Positions 35,831 through 44,629 of a stretch of DNA of 47,092 nt are shown in pieces. Below the pieces are notes generated by a model. The model worked only from the letters and a program-made list of their open reading frames with translations. It did not search any database and was not told the DNA's origin. The stretch spans positions 1 through 47,092 of the IMG/VR virus record IMGVR_UViG_3300020044_008444; one strand, 5' to 3'. The stretch is from a virus. Taxonomy: Duplodnaviria; Caudoviricetes. Both the position numbers and the translations under genes were made by a program. How positions within the stretch are numbered: position 1 is the stretch's first letter; each line of letters starts with the position of its first letter.

Positions 35831-36653
35831 TAGCAGCACAGAGATTAAGAAGGAAGGCAAGTTCATTCTCATCTACTCCCCTCCCGGAGAAGGTAAGACA
35901 ACTCTTGCTGCTCAATTTCCTGATCCCCTCTTCATCATCACTCATGGTGAGACAGGTATTCATTCAGCAAAGCGTAAAGGTGTCGCTGCTAAATCGATTC
36001 CAGTGATTGAACTCGAACCTCTCTACTCTCAAACTGAAATACCTGTAGGTAAGGGACATGTTGGTTGGGACAAGTGTATCTCTAACGTCGAACAGTTTGC
36101 TAAAGGTAAGCACGACAGAAGAACACTTGTCATCGACACAACCAGCGGACTTGAAAGCCTGTGTTTTCAGCATTGTGCTTCTCTTCAGTTTGATGGTGAC
36201 ATGCAAAGTCGTGCTCAGGATTGCTGGAACCATTATGCTGCTGGACCTCGTAAAGCAGCTGAGTCATATTGGAATGGAGAACTCCTAACCCATTGCATCA
36301 ACGCCGTAGGTAACGGTCTGAACGTCGTTATGCTTGGACACAGTGCTTTACGGCTTCAAGCCAATCCTAACGGTCCGGACTACAATGTGTTCAGTCCTGA
36401 GCTTCAGAAACAGGTGTTCCTGTACACAAACAAAGTACTGCACCATCTGTGGTTCATGGGACGGTATCAGGAATTCACAACAGAAAAAGGAACTCGCAAA
36501 AGAACAGTAACAAGTAGTGAACGATTTATTGGTGTCCAGACTGAGACGTGGTACACGGCTAAGAATTGGGACAACATTCAAGAACCTATCATTTGTGGTG
36601 ATAGTGCTGCGAAGACGTTTGCAGCAATCAACTCAGTAATTCCAATCGATTGA
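35727..36653 (+). CDS. AAA_24 / Sak4-like ATPase
   Basis: YSPPGEGKTTLAAQFP, LVIDT, MLGHS, AKN. Confidence 0.85.
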   Translation: MPPNFKKPSLPTKPNVSPTKSSAPTTKALPNPFSDSSTEIKKEGKFILIYSPPGEGKTTLAAQFPDPLFIITHGETGIHSAKRKGVAAKSIPVIELEPLYSQTEIPVGKGHVGWDKCISNVEQFAKGKHDRRTLVIDTTSGLESLCFQHCASLQFDGDMQSRAQDCWNHYAAGPRKAAESYWNGELLTHCINAVGNGLNVVMLGHSALRLQANPNGPDYNVFSPELQKQVFLYTNKVLHHLWFMGRYQEFTTEKGTRKRTVTSSERFIGVQTETWYTAKNWDNIQEPIICGDSAAKTFAAINSVIPID

Positions 36654-36663
36654 AAGTAGTACA

Positions 36664-37446
36664 ATGGCTGAACAGAAGAGTGGTGGTTTGTTTGCAGCGA
36701 TGAACAAGAATGCTCGTCTGCGTAAGAACATGCAGAAAGCAAAGACAGTACAGGCGAGTAGAGAGTTCTCTGGTCCTGATGGTGATTATCCTTGCGTCTT
36801 CAAACGGTTCTCTACCTACGACAAGGACGGTGTAACTAACGTAGTCTTTGAGTTTCGTACCACAGAAGACACAGGTGAATACGCTAACGAAAAGATTACG
36901 TTCTTCATTGCTCTGAAGGATGGTCCTATCAGATCAGCTGAAGAAGAGCAGGCACACATGTTTGAGATGATCCAGCTCATGGGGGTAGACACAACTCTTG
37001 ATGATGCTCAGATTGAAGCTGCTCTTAATGAACTGATTGCTTCTGAGACCATCATCACTGTCAGGATGAAAACCTCAAAACCAAACAAGGACAAACGAGT
37101 ATTCAAGAACCCCAGCATTGTTGGTGTAGCTGCTGAAGGTCAGAAAGACCCTGACTACTCTCCTGCTGGTGCCCCTGATGATGCTCCAGCAGAAGATGAA
37201 TGGCCTGAAGCTGACGAGTCCCCTATCGCTGCAGAAGAAACATCAGAAGACGAATGGGGAGACGAAGAAGCAGCTGAAGAATTCAAACCTTCAGATGCTG
37301 TTGGTCAAGAATGTCTGTTCAAAGGTAAGAAGTGTATTCTGGTGAATGCTAACAACGAAACAGGCAAGTGCATCATCGAAGATCCTAAGACAAAGAAACG
37401 TCTCACATCAATTGATTGGGACAAACTGGAATGGCCTGAAGCATAG
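36664..37446 (+). CDS. Single-stranded DNA-binding-like protein
   Basis: PDGDY motif, acidic tract, position after the Sak4-like ATPase. Confidence 0.6.
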   Translation: MAEQKSGGLFAAMNKNARLRKNMQKAKTVQASREFSGPDGDYPCVFKRFSTYDKDGVTNVVFEFRTTEDTGEYANEKITFFIALKDGPIRSAEEEQAHMFEMIQLMGVDTTLDDAQIEAALNELIASETIITVRMKTSKPNKDKRVFKNPSIVGVAAEGQKDPDYSPAGAPDDAPAEDEWPEADESPIAAEETSEDEWGDEEAAEEFKPSDAVGQECLFKGKKCILVNANNETGKCIIEDPKTKKRLTSIDWDKLEWPEA

Positions 37447-37475
37447 CACCACAACTTCAATTTGATAGCCCCTAT

Positions 37476-37504
37476 CCCTCCTGTAGAAATGCAGGAGGGT
37501 TTTT
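37476..37504 (+). terminator. Rho-independent terminator
   Basis: CCCTCCTGTA-GAAA-TGCAGGAGGG-TTTTT. Confidence 0.85.
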
Positions 37505-37517
37505 CATCCAATGAGGA

Positions 37518-39539
37518 ATGTTTATGATCAGCATAGACACCGAAACAACAGGACTTTGGTTTAAGCATGGTTGTGAAACATTTGCTGTAGGTATGTACGA
37601 TGGATCTGAATTCAAGAGTGCCGACGTACCAATCAACCCTCTCACACGAACACGTAAGACACCATTCAGACAAGGTGTAATTCAGCTAATCAGGAAGCGT
37701 ATCACCGATGCTGATTTGGTGTGTATGCACAACAGTAACTTCGATCTGAAAGCTCTCTGCAACATTGGCGTCATCAATGAGCAGGAACCATCAACACCAG
37801 ACTTCTGGGAACGTATCGTTGACACAACCATTCTGTCACATCTTCATCACAACACAGATGACCGTTCTCTTAAAGACCTGTCCAAACAATACCTCGGTGT
37901 AGACTACGCTTCTGAGAAGAAGCTGGATAGTCTGATATCCAAGTGTCGCTCATTCGTTCGTTCTCGTGCTCCTGAATGGTGGATAGCAGACAAGGTTCGT
38001 AGACATCCATCTCTCATCCCAGCAAGCAAGTCATCACGCTGGGGCAAGATGGATATGTGGTTGCCAGAAGCTGTACGTTCTTCTTTCTCAGTAAAGGAAT
38101 TGGAAGCCTACTTCTGCTACGATAAGAAGATTCGTAACGACTTCAACATCGACACACTTCGTACAGCAATCATTGACTATCTTAAAGAAGACTGCGTATA
38201 CACATACGAACTTGCTCAGGGTATGTTTGCCTCACTAGTCGAACAGCATGGAGCAGACGTAGAACAGCTCATAGAGATTAACAATCAGGTACGTCATGTC
38301 GTGTGGAAGATGGAGACCACAGGTCTAACACTTCACAACTCTGAATGGTCTGATGCTGTCGATGTATGTCGTGCTAACATTTCTCATCTCAGTAAACTGT
38401 GTACAGACTCCAGTGGACTAACTGAGTTCACTCCGAACAATCTTAAATGGCTTCTCTACGATCAGTGGGGCATCCCTTGTCCGAAGCAGACTAAGACAGG
38501 CGGAGACAGTACAGATGCCGACACGTTAATAAAACTCAAACAAGAATGTGATGACAATGACTTTGAGCCGGGAAGTATATTCCTTCGCTATCTCCTAGCT
38601 CACAGGAAGTACACGAAGAAACTCGAATACCTCGAATCGTACAAGCGAGCTTCCGTATCTGACAAAATTTATCCTTCGATGAACATCGTCGGCACAGATA
38701 CGACACGGTTCAGCAGTAGTGACCCAAACGAACAGAACATCAGCAAAGTTAAGAACCCATTCGAGAAAGGCTTTCAGGACGTATCAGCTCTGCTTAAAGA
38801 CAGTCCTCACCTACGAGGTGTATTCGGTCCAGCTGATGGTAATTGGTGGCTCAGTAATGACTACACGCAATTGCAGCTTAGAATATTTGCTGTAGTCACT
38901 GATGAGCAGGAAATGATAGACAAGCTTAACAAAGGTTATGATGCTCATGACATTACAGCTCGACGTATCTTCAACCTACCTGACAAACAACATCCGAGTG
39001 ACATTCAAAGACGTATTGCAAAGAACGTCAACTTTGGGTTTATTTTTGGGGCATCACCAAAAAAGATTGAACAGACAGCAGGCGTAGCTGGTCTGTGGGA
39101 CACGGTTACAGAGATGTTCCCTAATGCTCATGCCTACATCGAACAGATTAAGGAACAAATCAAGTCTCAGGAGTATGTCACAACATTAGGCGGCTATCCT
39201 CTGGACGTACCATTGAAAATAAACAAATGGAAAGGTACAATGGAGAAAGCAGCTCACGCAGCCGTGTGTTATATTGTTCAAGGAAGTGAAGGCGTCATTG
39301 TCAAACGTGCTATGCGTCTATGTGATGACTATCTAACTCAGTATTATCCTGAAGGCCGAATAGCGATGCAGGTACATGATGAAATCAATTTCGAAATGCC
39401 TGCAAGGTTTCCACGTAAGCACGCAACCAATCTTAAAGAGCTTATGGAAACAGCAGCTCTGGAGTACGGTGTAGTAGCTCCTGCTAAGTGTGAGCTGGTT
39501 ACACATTCATGGGCAATCAGAAAGGAACTTGTGCTGTAA
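37518..39539 (+). CDS. polA: DNA polymerase family A with 3'-5' exonuclease
   Basis: IDTETTG, HNSNFD, TTRFSSSDPNEQN, DYTQLQLR, RRIAKNVNFG, VHDE. Confidence 0.96.
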   Translation: MFMISIDTETTGLWFKHGCETFAVGMYDGSEFKSADVPINPLTRTRKTPFRQGVIQLIRKRITDADLVCMHNSNFDLKALCNIGVINEQEPSTPDFWERIVDTTILSHLHHNTDDRSLKDLSKQYLGVDYASEKKLDSLISKCRSFVRSRAPEWWIADKVRRHPSLIPASKSSRWGKMDMWLPEAVRSSFSVKELEAYFCYDKKIRNDFNIDTLRTAIIDYLKEDCVYTYELAQGMFASLVEQHGADVEQLIEINNQVRHVVWKMETTGLTLHNSEWSDAVDVCRANISHLSKLCTDSSGLTEFTPNNLKWLLYDQWGIPCPKQTKTGGDSTDADTLIKLKQECDDNDFEPGSIFLRYLLAHRKYTKKLEYLESYKRASVSDKIYPSMNIVGTDTTRFSSSDPNEQNISKVKNPFEKGFQDVSALLKDSPHLRGVFGPADGNWWLSNDYTQLQLRIFAVVTDEQEMIDKLNKGYDAHDITARRIFNLPDKQHPSDIQRRIAKNVNFGFIFGASPKKIEQTAGVAGLWDTVTEMFPNAHAYIEQIKEQIKSQEYVTTLGGYPLDVPLKINKWKGTMEKAAHAAVCYIVQGSEGVIVKRAMRLCDDYLTQYYPEGRIAMQVHDEINFEMPARFPRKHATNLKELMETAALEYGVVAPAKCELVTHSWAIRKELVL

Positions 39540-40286
39540 ATGCAATTACTGAATCATCTCAACATCCAATACTCCCCCCACAACAAAGACATCAAATGCG
39601 AATGTCTCTGGTGCGGCAAAGACTCCCTATCAATAGAAGAAGAAGCTCCACATGTCTTTCAATGCTTCTCCTGCAAATCGTCAGGTAATGCTTTCACCTT
39701 CATCCGAAAGTGGTATGAAAATCTACCAGCTCTCACAAAACAGCAAGCCCTTAATCTCTGCAGCCTCAAACAAGGGATCAAACCTCTCACACTCCGAACA
39801 CTCGGAGTCCGCTGCTACGGATCTGTTTACATCATTCCTGTATACAACCAGAAGAACGATTTAGTAGCTGTTCATAAATTCGTACCAGACACAAACATAG
39901 TTTACAACGGTCCAAAGCCTGTAAGCTATAGTGTGCTCGGTATGCAGAACATTTCCAACAACGACACAGTGTATATTGCTGAAGGTCATTGGGACTACTA
40001 CACGCTCTATCCACTCATTCAGCAAGATGATTATGACCTGTTGGGCAGTTGTGGCAGCTACTTCCCTACAAACCTTCTACCACATCTGAAAGATAAACAT
40101 GTCATCATGCTCTTTGACAACGATGAAGCCGGTAAGAACGGTGTGGACTACGTAGCCAAACACATCAAGACAACAGGCTTAGTAGTTCGCAGCATCTCAT
40201 ACCTCGACTGGTCAAAAGTAACTATTCCTTCCGGTGCAATACCTAACAAATTTGATGTGAGAGACCTGCACAATGTCTTTGCTTAA
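39540..40286 (+). CDS. DNA primase (Zn finger + TOPRIM)
   Basis: CLWC...CFSC, IAEGHWD, FDNDEAG, DVRD. Confidence 0.88.
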   Translation: MQLLNHLNIQYSPHNKDIKCECLWCGKDSLSIEEEAPHVFQCFSCKSSGNAFTFIRKWYENLPALTKQQALNLCSLKQGIKPLTLRTLGVRCYGSVYIIPVYNQKNDLVAVHKFVPDTNIVYNGPKPVSYSVLGMQNISNNDTVYIAEGHWDYYTLYPLIQQDDYDLLGSCGSYFPTNLLPHLKDKHVIMLFDNDEAGKNGVDYVAKHIKTTGLVVRSISYLDWSKVTIPSGAIPNKFDVRDLHNVFA

Positions 40287-41643
40287 CATTATCAACAATG
40301 CTCTCACTCGCATTGATCTTGATACAGTGGTGACAGTTAAGGCTAAAGCCTGTCACAGATTCGAAGAACTCATTTCCGTCTACAAAGAAAACCTTGTCAT
40401 CACAGACAGCTTTGTAGACTGTCTCGCCATCTGCTGTGCCGTACACATTGCTGTACGCCTAGAAAGTGACCCATTATGGATTTATCTAGTTGGTCCCCCC
40501 AGCTCGGGCAAGTCTACGATATGCGATTTGTTATCAAGCGACGAACATCACACACGGGCATTAAGCAAGTTCACAGGCTTAGTGTCTGGAAGCCGTCAAG
40601 GTCAACATTTAATACCTCTACTACAAAACAAGTGCGTCATAGTCAAAGACGGAACGCTGCTATTGGAGTCTACTCCTCAGCAGCTGGCGAACGTCTACGG
40701 AGAATTACGAGATATCTTTGACGGCAGCTTGGAAGCTCGCTACCGAAACGGTGTATCTGCTTCCTTCAGTAACATTTCATTCGGCATGATTATAGGCATC
40801 ACCGAACGAATCTACGGTATGAACATGTCTGCTCTCGGTGAACGCTTCCTGCATTGCCGACTAGAGACAGACAGAAACAATGAAATCCTGCGTAACAACT
40901 CAGCCATAACTTCACTTCTTCAAGGAATAAAACTCAATGTTGCTGAAGGTAATGATGACGGGGACGCTAGAAGTTTCCCTAAGCAGCGAGCTGTCACTGC
41001 CGGATTCCTTAATCATCTCCATAGCAGACTCAGCAACGAAACAATACTCCTGCCGAAGTATAAACCTGAAGACATTACGCTCATTCAAGCCCTCGCCGAT
41101 GTCATTGCTTGCAGCAGAGCTTCAGTCCCTCGTCAACGTAATGAAGATATCGCCTACACAAGCAGACCTGAAGCGTCTACAAGAGTCGCTAAACAACTTA
41201 CACGATTGGCTGTCTGCCTTTGTTACGTGTACGGAACAAATGGCTTTACAGAAGCAATACGAAACAACCTCAGAAAAGTAGCCCTAGATACTTCCTTCAG
41301 TAAACAACATGAGCTAATTCGGTGCGTAGCTCTCTCTGCTAACGGCCTCAACAAATCATCTCTGGCTGTTATGGCTGAGATGAACATCGACACATGTACG
41401 AGACGTATTGAAGACATGATCAGTTTGGGCATCTTCAACAAAGAGAAGGAAGCCAACAGGAACGGTAGAGGTCGAAAGCTCCACGTCATTACATGTCCAG
41501 ATTGGATTGTGTCATCTTTCAGGATTGCATACCATGCCACCAAAAGCTCAAATGATGAGGGTAAACCCACCCCGTCACCATCCAAGTCTTCAGTATTTCA
41601 ACCGAAAGGACAACTCCGGTTTAAGAAAAAAGACACTATCTAG
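40273..41643 (+). CDS. AAA+ ATPase, MCM-like putative replicative helicase
   Basis: GPPSSGKST, GERFL arginine finger, STR..KQL sensor-2-like motif, C-terminal wHTH-like segment. Confidence 0.7.
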   Translation: MSLLNIINNALTRIDLDTVVTVKAKACHRFEELISVYKENLVITDSFVDCLAICCAVHIAVRLESDPLWIYLVGPPSSGKSTICDLLSSDEHHTRALSKFTGLVSGSRQGQHLIPLLQNKCVIVKDGTLLLESTPQQLANVYGELRDIFDGSLEARYRNGVSASFSNISFGMIIGITERIYGMNMSALGERFLHCRLETDRNNEILRNNSAITSLLQGIKLNVAEGNDDGDARSFPKQRAVTAGFLNHLHSRLSNETILLPKYKPEDITLIQALADVIACSRASVPRQRNEDIAYTSRPEASTRVAKQLTRLAVCLCYVYGTNGFTEAIRNNLRKVALDTSFSKQHELIRCVALSANGLNKSSLAVMAEMNIDTCTRRIEDMISLGIFNKEKEANRNGRGRKLHVITCPDWIVSSFRIAYHATKSSNDEGKPTPSPSKSSVFQPKGQLRFKKKDTI

Positions 41644-41818
41644 AGATTTATACATTTGTCAGCATTGTCATGAGCCGTACCCCGAGTACAATTTGGAGTG
41701 TGACCACGTAACACCCTTGTTACAAGGTGGAGAAGACAACCTCTCCAACACACAAACATTATGCGTCAGTTGTCACAGCACTAAAACAGCGTCAGAAAAG
41801 GAAAGAAGTTCATGCTGA
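41534..41818 (+). CDS. HNH endonuclease (HK97 gp74-like)
   Basis: RDLYICQHC, DHVTPLLQGG, NTQTLCVSCHSTKT; likely ATG 41534. Confidence 0.85.
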   Translation: MPPKAQMMRVNPPRHHPSLQYFNRKDNSGLRKKTLSRDLYICQHCHEPYPEYNLECDHVTPLLQGGEDNLSNTQTLCVSCHSTKTASEKERSSC

Positions 41819-41985
41819 TGTTCACATTAGGCTTCCTATCAGGAAGCTATATGGCATACGTAGTAGCGTCCTACATCACCGTCACTATCATCAACATCGA
41901 ATCTTCAGTGTATAGTAGGGTGATGGAAAGTATCTTGTGGCCTTACCATTTGTTATCAATGTTGTTCGGAAAGGATGAAGAATAA
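41812..41985 (+). CDS. Small membrane protein (57 aa)
   Basis: Hand translation MLMFTLGFLSGSYMAYVVASYITVTII...ILWPYHLLSMLFGKDEE; SD AAGGA; TAATG coupling; absent from ORF track. Confidence 0.65.
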   Translation: MLMFTLGFLSGSYMAYVVASYITVTIINIESSVYSRVMESILWPYHLLSMLFGKDEE

Positions 41986-42305
41986 TGATAGTCCATATCA
42001 ATATAGTTGTTTGGGGACCGGAAACTGTTTTTAAAGATGGATCGTCTACTGCGAGTCAAGCAGCATACTATCGCAAGACATACGATCTACCATTTGCACC
42101 GTTTGTAGGACTGAGATTTAAACTAAATGAACTATTAGACGAACACGAACAAGATCTGATTATTGAAGAAGAATATGGTATTGACTACAACTTGAGCACA
42201 CACGAATTTGATGTTTACATACATGATCAAAATTCATTTGAAAATTCTCACGAAGTATACCTTGCTGCCGGTTTTGTAGATGTATTGAAGGATAAACAAC
42301 AATGA
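41985..42305 (+). CDS. Hypothetical protein
   Basis: SD AAGGA; coupled. Confidence 0.7.
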   Translation: MIVHINIVVWGPETVFKDGSSTASQAAYYRKTYDLPFAPFVGLRFKLNELLDEHEQDLIIEEEYGIDYNLSTHEFDVYIHDQNSFENSHEVYLAAGFVDVLKDKQQ

Positions 42306-42583
42306 AGCTTCTAATCCTAATGAACGTCCACACTACCAAAGAGCGTATTATTACCTACCGTAAAGTACACTCGATACCCGGCACAGATATGGAGCAGATA
42401 GTAAAAGAACTCTTAGACAACCCAACCATGATGTGGCAGCATACAGGCACGCATTACGATTGGGACAAACAAATATCTACAGTTTCCTTTGATCACACAA
42501 ACCCAGCAGATGATTTTCACCAGTCTTACATCAAAGCAGGATACAGACTGCTCTACAAAGGTATAAAACCATGCGATATGTAA
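42302..42583 (+). CDS. Hypothetical protein (likely paralog of the upstream gene)
   Basis: SD AAGGA; shared YRK...P and H..Y..AG(F/Y) motifs. Confidence 0.7.
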   Translation: MKLLILMNVHTTKERIITYRKVHSIPGTDMEQIVKELLDNPTMMWQHTGTHYDWDKQISTVSFDHTNPADDFHQSYIKAGYRLLYKGIKPCDM

Positions 42584-43587
42584 TTATTCACGATGCTGAT
42601 CACGATGGTTATGCCTCAGCATGGCTCATGGCACGTCATCTCAATCCAGAAGGTGTGTACATCACAGCTGAGACTCTCACCTACCCTATTCGAGCAGGTA
42701 ACAATGACTTGCCTGAACTGATGGAAGGTGACCATGTCTACATCCTCGACAGATCATACCCTATTGATGTGTTGCTGACGATGTCCACAAAGGTTGCTCA
42801 TGTGATGGTGATTGATCATCACAAGACATTCATGGAAGCTGCTGCTAATGTGTTCCGTAACAACGGCAGCATCTACCGTGAAGACTTCCACAACGCATCA
42901 CCAGTACGAATTGAATGTGGCTCAGAGAATCTGGAAATCATTGTTGATACGAGACACGCAGCCTGCTTGCTCACATTAGCTTTCTGTGACACACGATCAG
43001 ACCGTTACAGGAACATGATTGCTCTTTCAGAAAACTATGATGACCTATGGTTCATCAAATACATTGGAGACAGAGACACATGGAAGTTTGAGCTTCCTAT
43101 GAGCAGAGAGATCAATGCCGGCATTCATTCGTTCAATTTGTCCTTCGATGATCTGACTAAGATGTACAACGGTGATATAACGATTGAGCAATGCGAAGAG
43201 CGTGGGATTGGTATCCTCACCTACCAGCAAACCCTCATGTCATCTATGCTCTCAGTGAGCCATTCAGAGACAGAAAGTGTGTACAACAAAATTGTATGGC
43301 ATGATGGTGTAGTGGTAGCTCAATGTCCGTTCACTCCACTCATCAGCGACTTTGGTAACTACCTGCTCGAAGAGACTAAAGCTGTTGTTGCTGTCCTGTG
43401 GTATCTCATTCCTAACACCGACCCTCTTACGCCTCAGATGTACCACTACAGTGTTCGCAGCAAGGTTGATACAAGTAAAGTTACGACAGCTCTAGGTGGT
43501 GGTGGTCATGCTCTGGCTAATGGTTTCCGTACACACATTCCACCAACTCATATAGCAAAGGAATTCACCCATGTCGCAGAAGTTTAA
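42571..43587 (+). CDS. DHH/DHHA1 phosphoesterase (NrnB-like)
   Basis: HDADHDG, YILD, IDHHK, DRDTW, YSVRS, GGGGH. Confidence 0.9.
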   Translation: MRYVIIHDADHDGYASAWLMARHLNPEGVYITAETLTYPIRAGNNDLPELMEGDHVYILDRSYPIDVLLTMSTKVAHVMVIDHHKTFMEAAANVFRNNGSIYREDFHNASPVRIECGSENLEIIVDTRHAACLLTLAFCDTRSDRYRNMIALSENYDDLWFIKYIGDRDTWKFELPMSREINAGIHSFNLSFDDLTKMYNGDITIEQCEERGIGILTYQQTLMSSMLSVSHSETESVYNKIVWHDGVVVAQCPFTPLISDFGNYLLEETKAVVAVLWYLIPNTDPLTPQMYHYSVRSKVDTSKVTTALGGGGHALANGFRTHIPPTHIAKEFTHVAEV

Positions 43588-44029
43588 TGTTGGTGACACA
43601 GTAAGGTGTATCCGAGACGAAGGATGCAATCTGCACCGTAATACCAGCTACACGGTAGTAGAAGTAGGACGACAATTCATATATTTAAATGGTCCGGGAT
43701 TGTGTGCCGGGAGTAGAAATGGGTACTTAGCAAATAGGTTGGAACTATGGACAGAACCAACAGAAGTACATTCAGGTGGTCCTTACGTCTGCATCTCTGT
43801 CTACAACGAATTGAAGAAACAGAATGAAGAACTGAAGGCAGATTTGGAGCATATGAGACGCAACTACAACAATCGTTATATTGAACTCACAGACCTGCAG
43901 ACAGAGAACGCTGAACTGAACAAGACTATTAACACAGAATTAGTCAGGATTAGAGACAGACTAAACCTGTTAGAAGGACTGTCATGGATAACTCCACCTA
44001 CACATCCACTACATGAGAACGTACAATAG
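43571..44029 (+). CDS. Hypothetical protein (small beta domain plus coiled coil)
   Basis: KFNVGDTVRC start; heptad-rich C-terminus; SD AAGGA. Confidence 0.7.
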   Translation: MSQKFNVGDTVRCIRDEGCNLHRNTSYTVVEVGRQFIYLNGPGLCAGSRNGYLANRLELWTEPTEVHSGGPYVCISVYNELKKQNEELKADLEHMRRNYNNRYIELTDLQTENAELNKTINTELVRIRDRLNLLEGLSWITPPTHPLHENVQ

Positions 44030-44074
44030 ACAGAGTTGGACCGAAAGCCTTCACGAAATTAAGAAAGCATCAAC

Positions 44075-44530
44075 ATGAAGTTCTCTACCATCATCGACAA
44101 CCACATTAAACTCGTAGCTGAACGAAACAAAGGAACTAATCAAGCTCCTTCAATTGCTCGTAAAGCTCGCTCTATCATGGATGGTCCGGGCCATCGTGAC
44201 GAGGTACATCTCACAGGCTACCTAGTCATTGGTCAGGTGTTGAAGCCTCTACATCAGTTCAAAATCTATCTCAACAACAAACTGGAGACATACAACAAAA
44301 CCAATCTCATCGTCATCTATCGCATTCACGCTATGCACGAAGAGTACACCTACCCAGAACATCCTGAAGAGGATGTACCTCGCTGTGTAATCGCTGTGTT
44401 CAGAGATGTTGAATGCGACCAGATTCTTTCTTCAGTAGGCTTGTATCAGGTGGTGCCTACAGCTACAATATCTCAGCTCATGCTGATAGCGTGTCAGTGT
44501 GAGACAGTGGGACGAGTTGATGTGAGCTAG
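44075..44530 (+). CDS. Hypothetical protein
   Basis: 151-aa ORF continuing the plus-strand operon. Confidence 0.65.
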   Translation: MKFSTIIDNHIKLVAERNKGTNQAPSIARKARSIMDGPGHRDEVHLTGYLVIGQVLKPLHQFKIYLNNKLETYNKTNLIVIYRIHAMHEEYTYPEHPEEDVPRCVIAVFRDVECDQILSSVGLYQVVPTATISQLMLIACQCETVGRVDVS

Positions 44531-44560
44531 CTAAATATAGGGTGTCAATTTTTTTTCAAA

Positions 44561-44606
44561 AAAGCGGAATAGGAACCTCCCCCCATGGATGGACCTGTTC
44601 CGCTTT
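44561..44606. terminator. Terminator-like hairpin, possibly bidirectional
   Basis: AAAGCGGAATAGG...CCTGTTCCGCTTT 13-bp stem after the last plus-strand gene, preceded by an A tract. Confidence 0.5.
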
Positions 44607-44629
44607 CTCTATTGATGCTCGCCAGCTGA

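Noticed and set aside
37518-39539. 2-aminoadenine (Z) or other defined modified-base system
   Set aside because: No purZ or other base-modification biosynthesis gene recognised in the window; the polymerase changes alone are insufficient.
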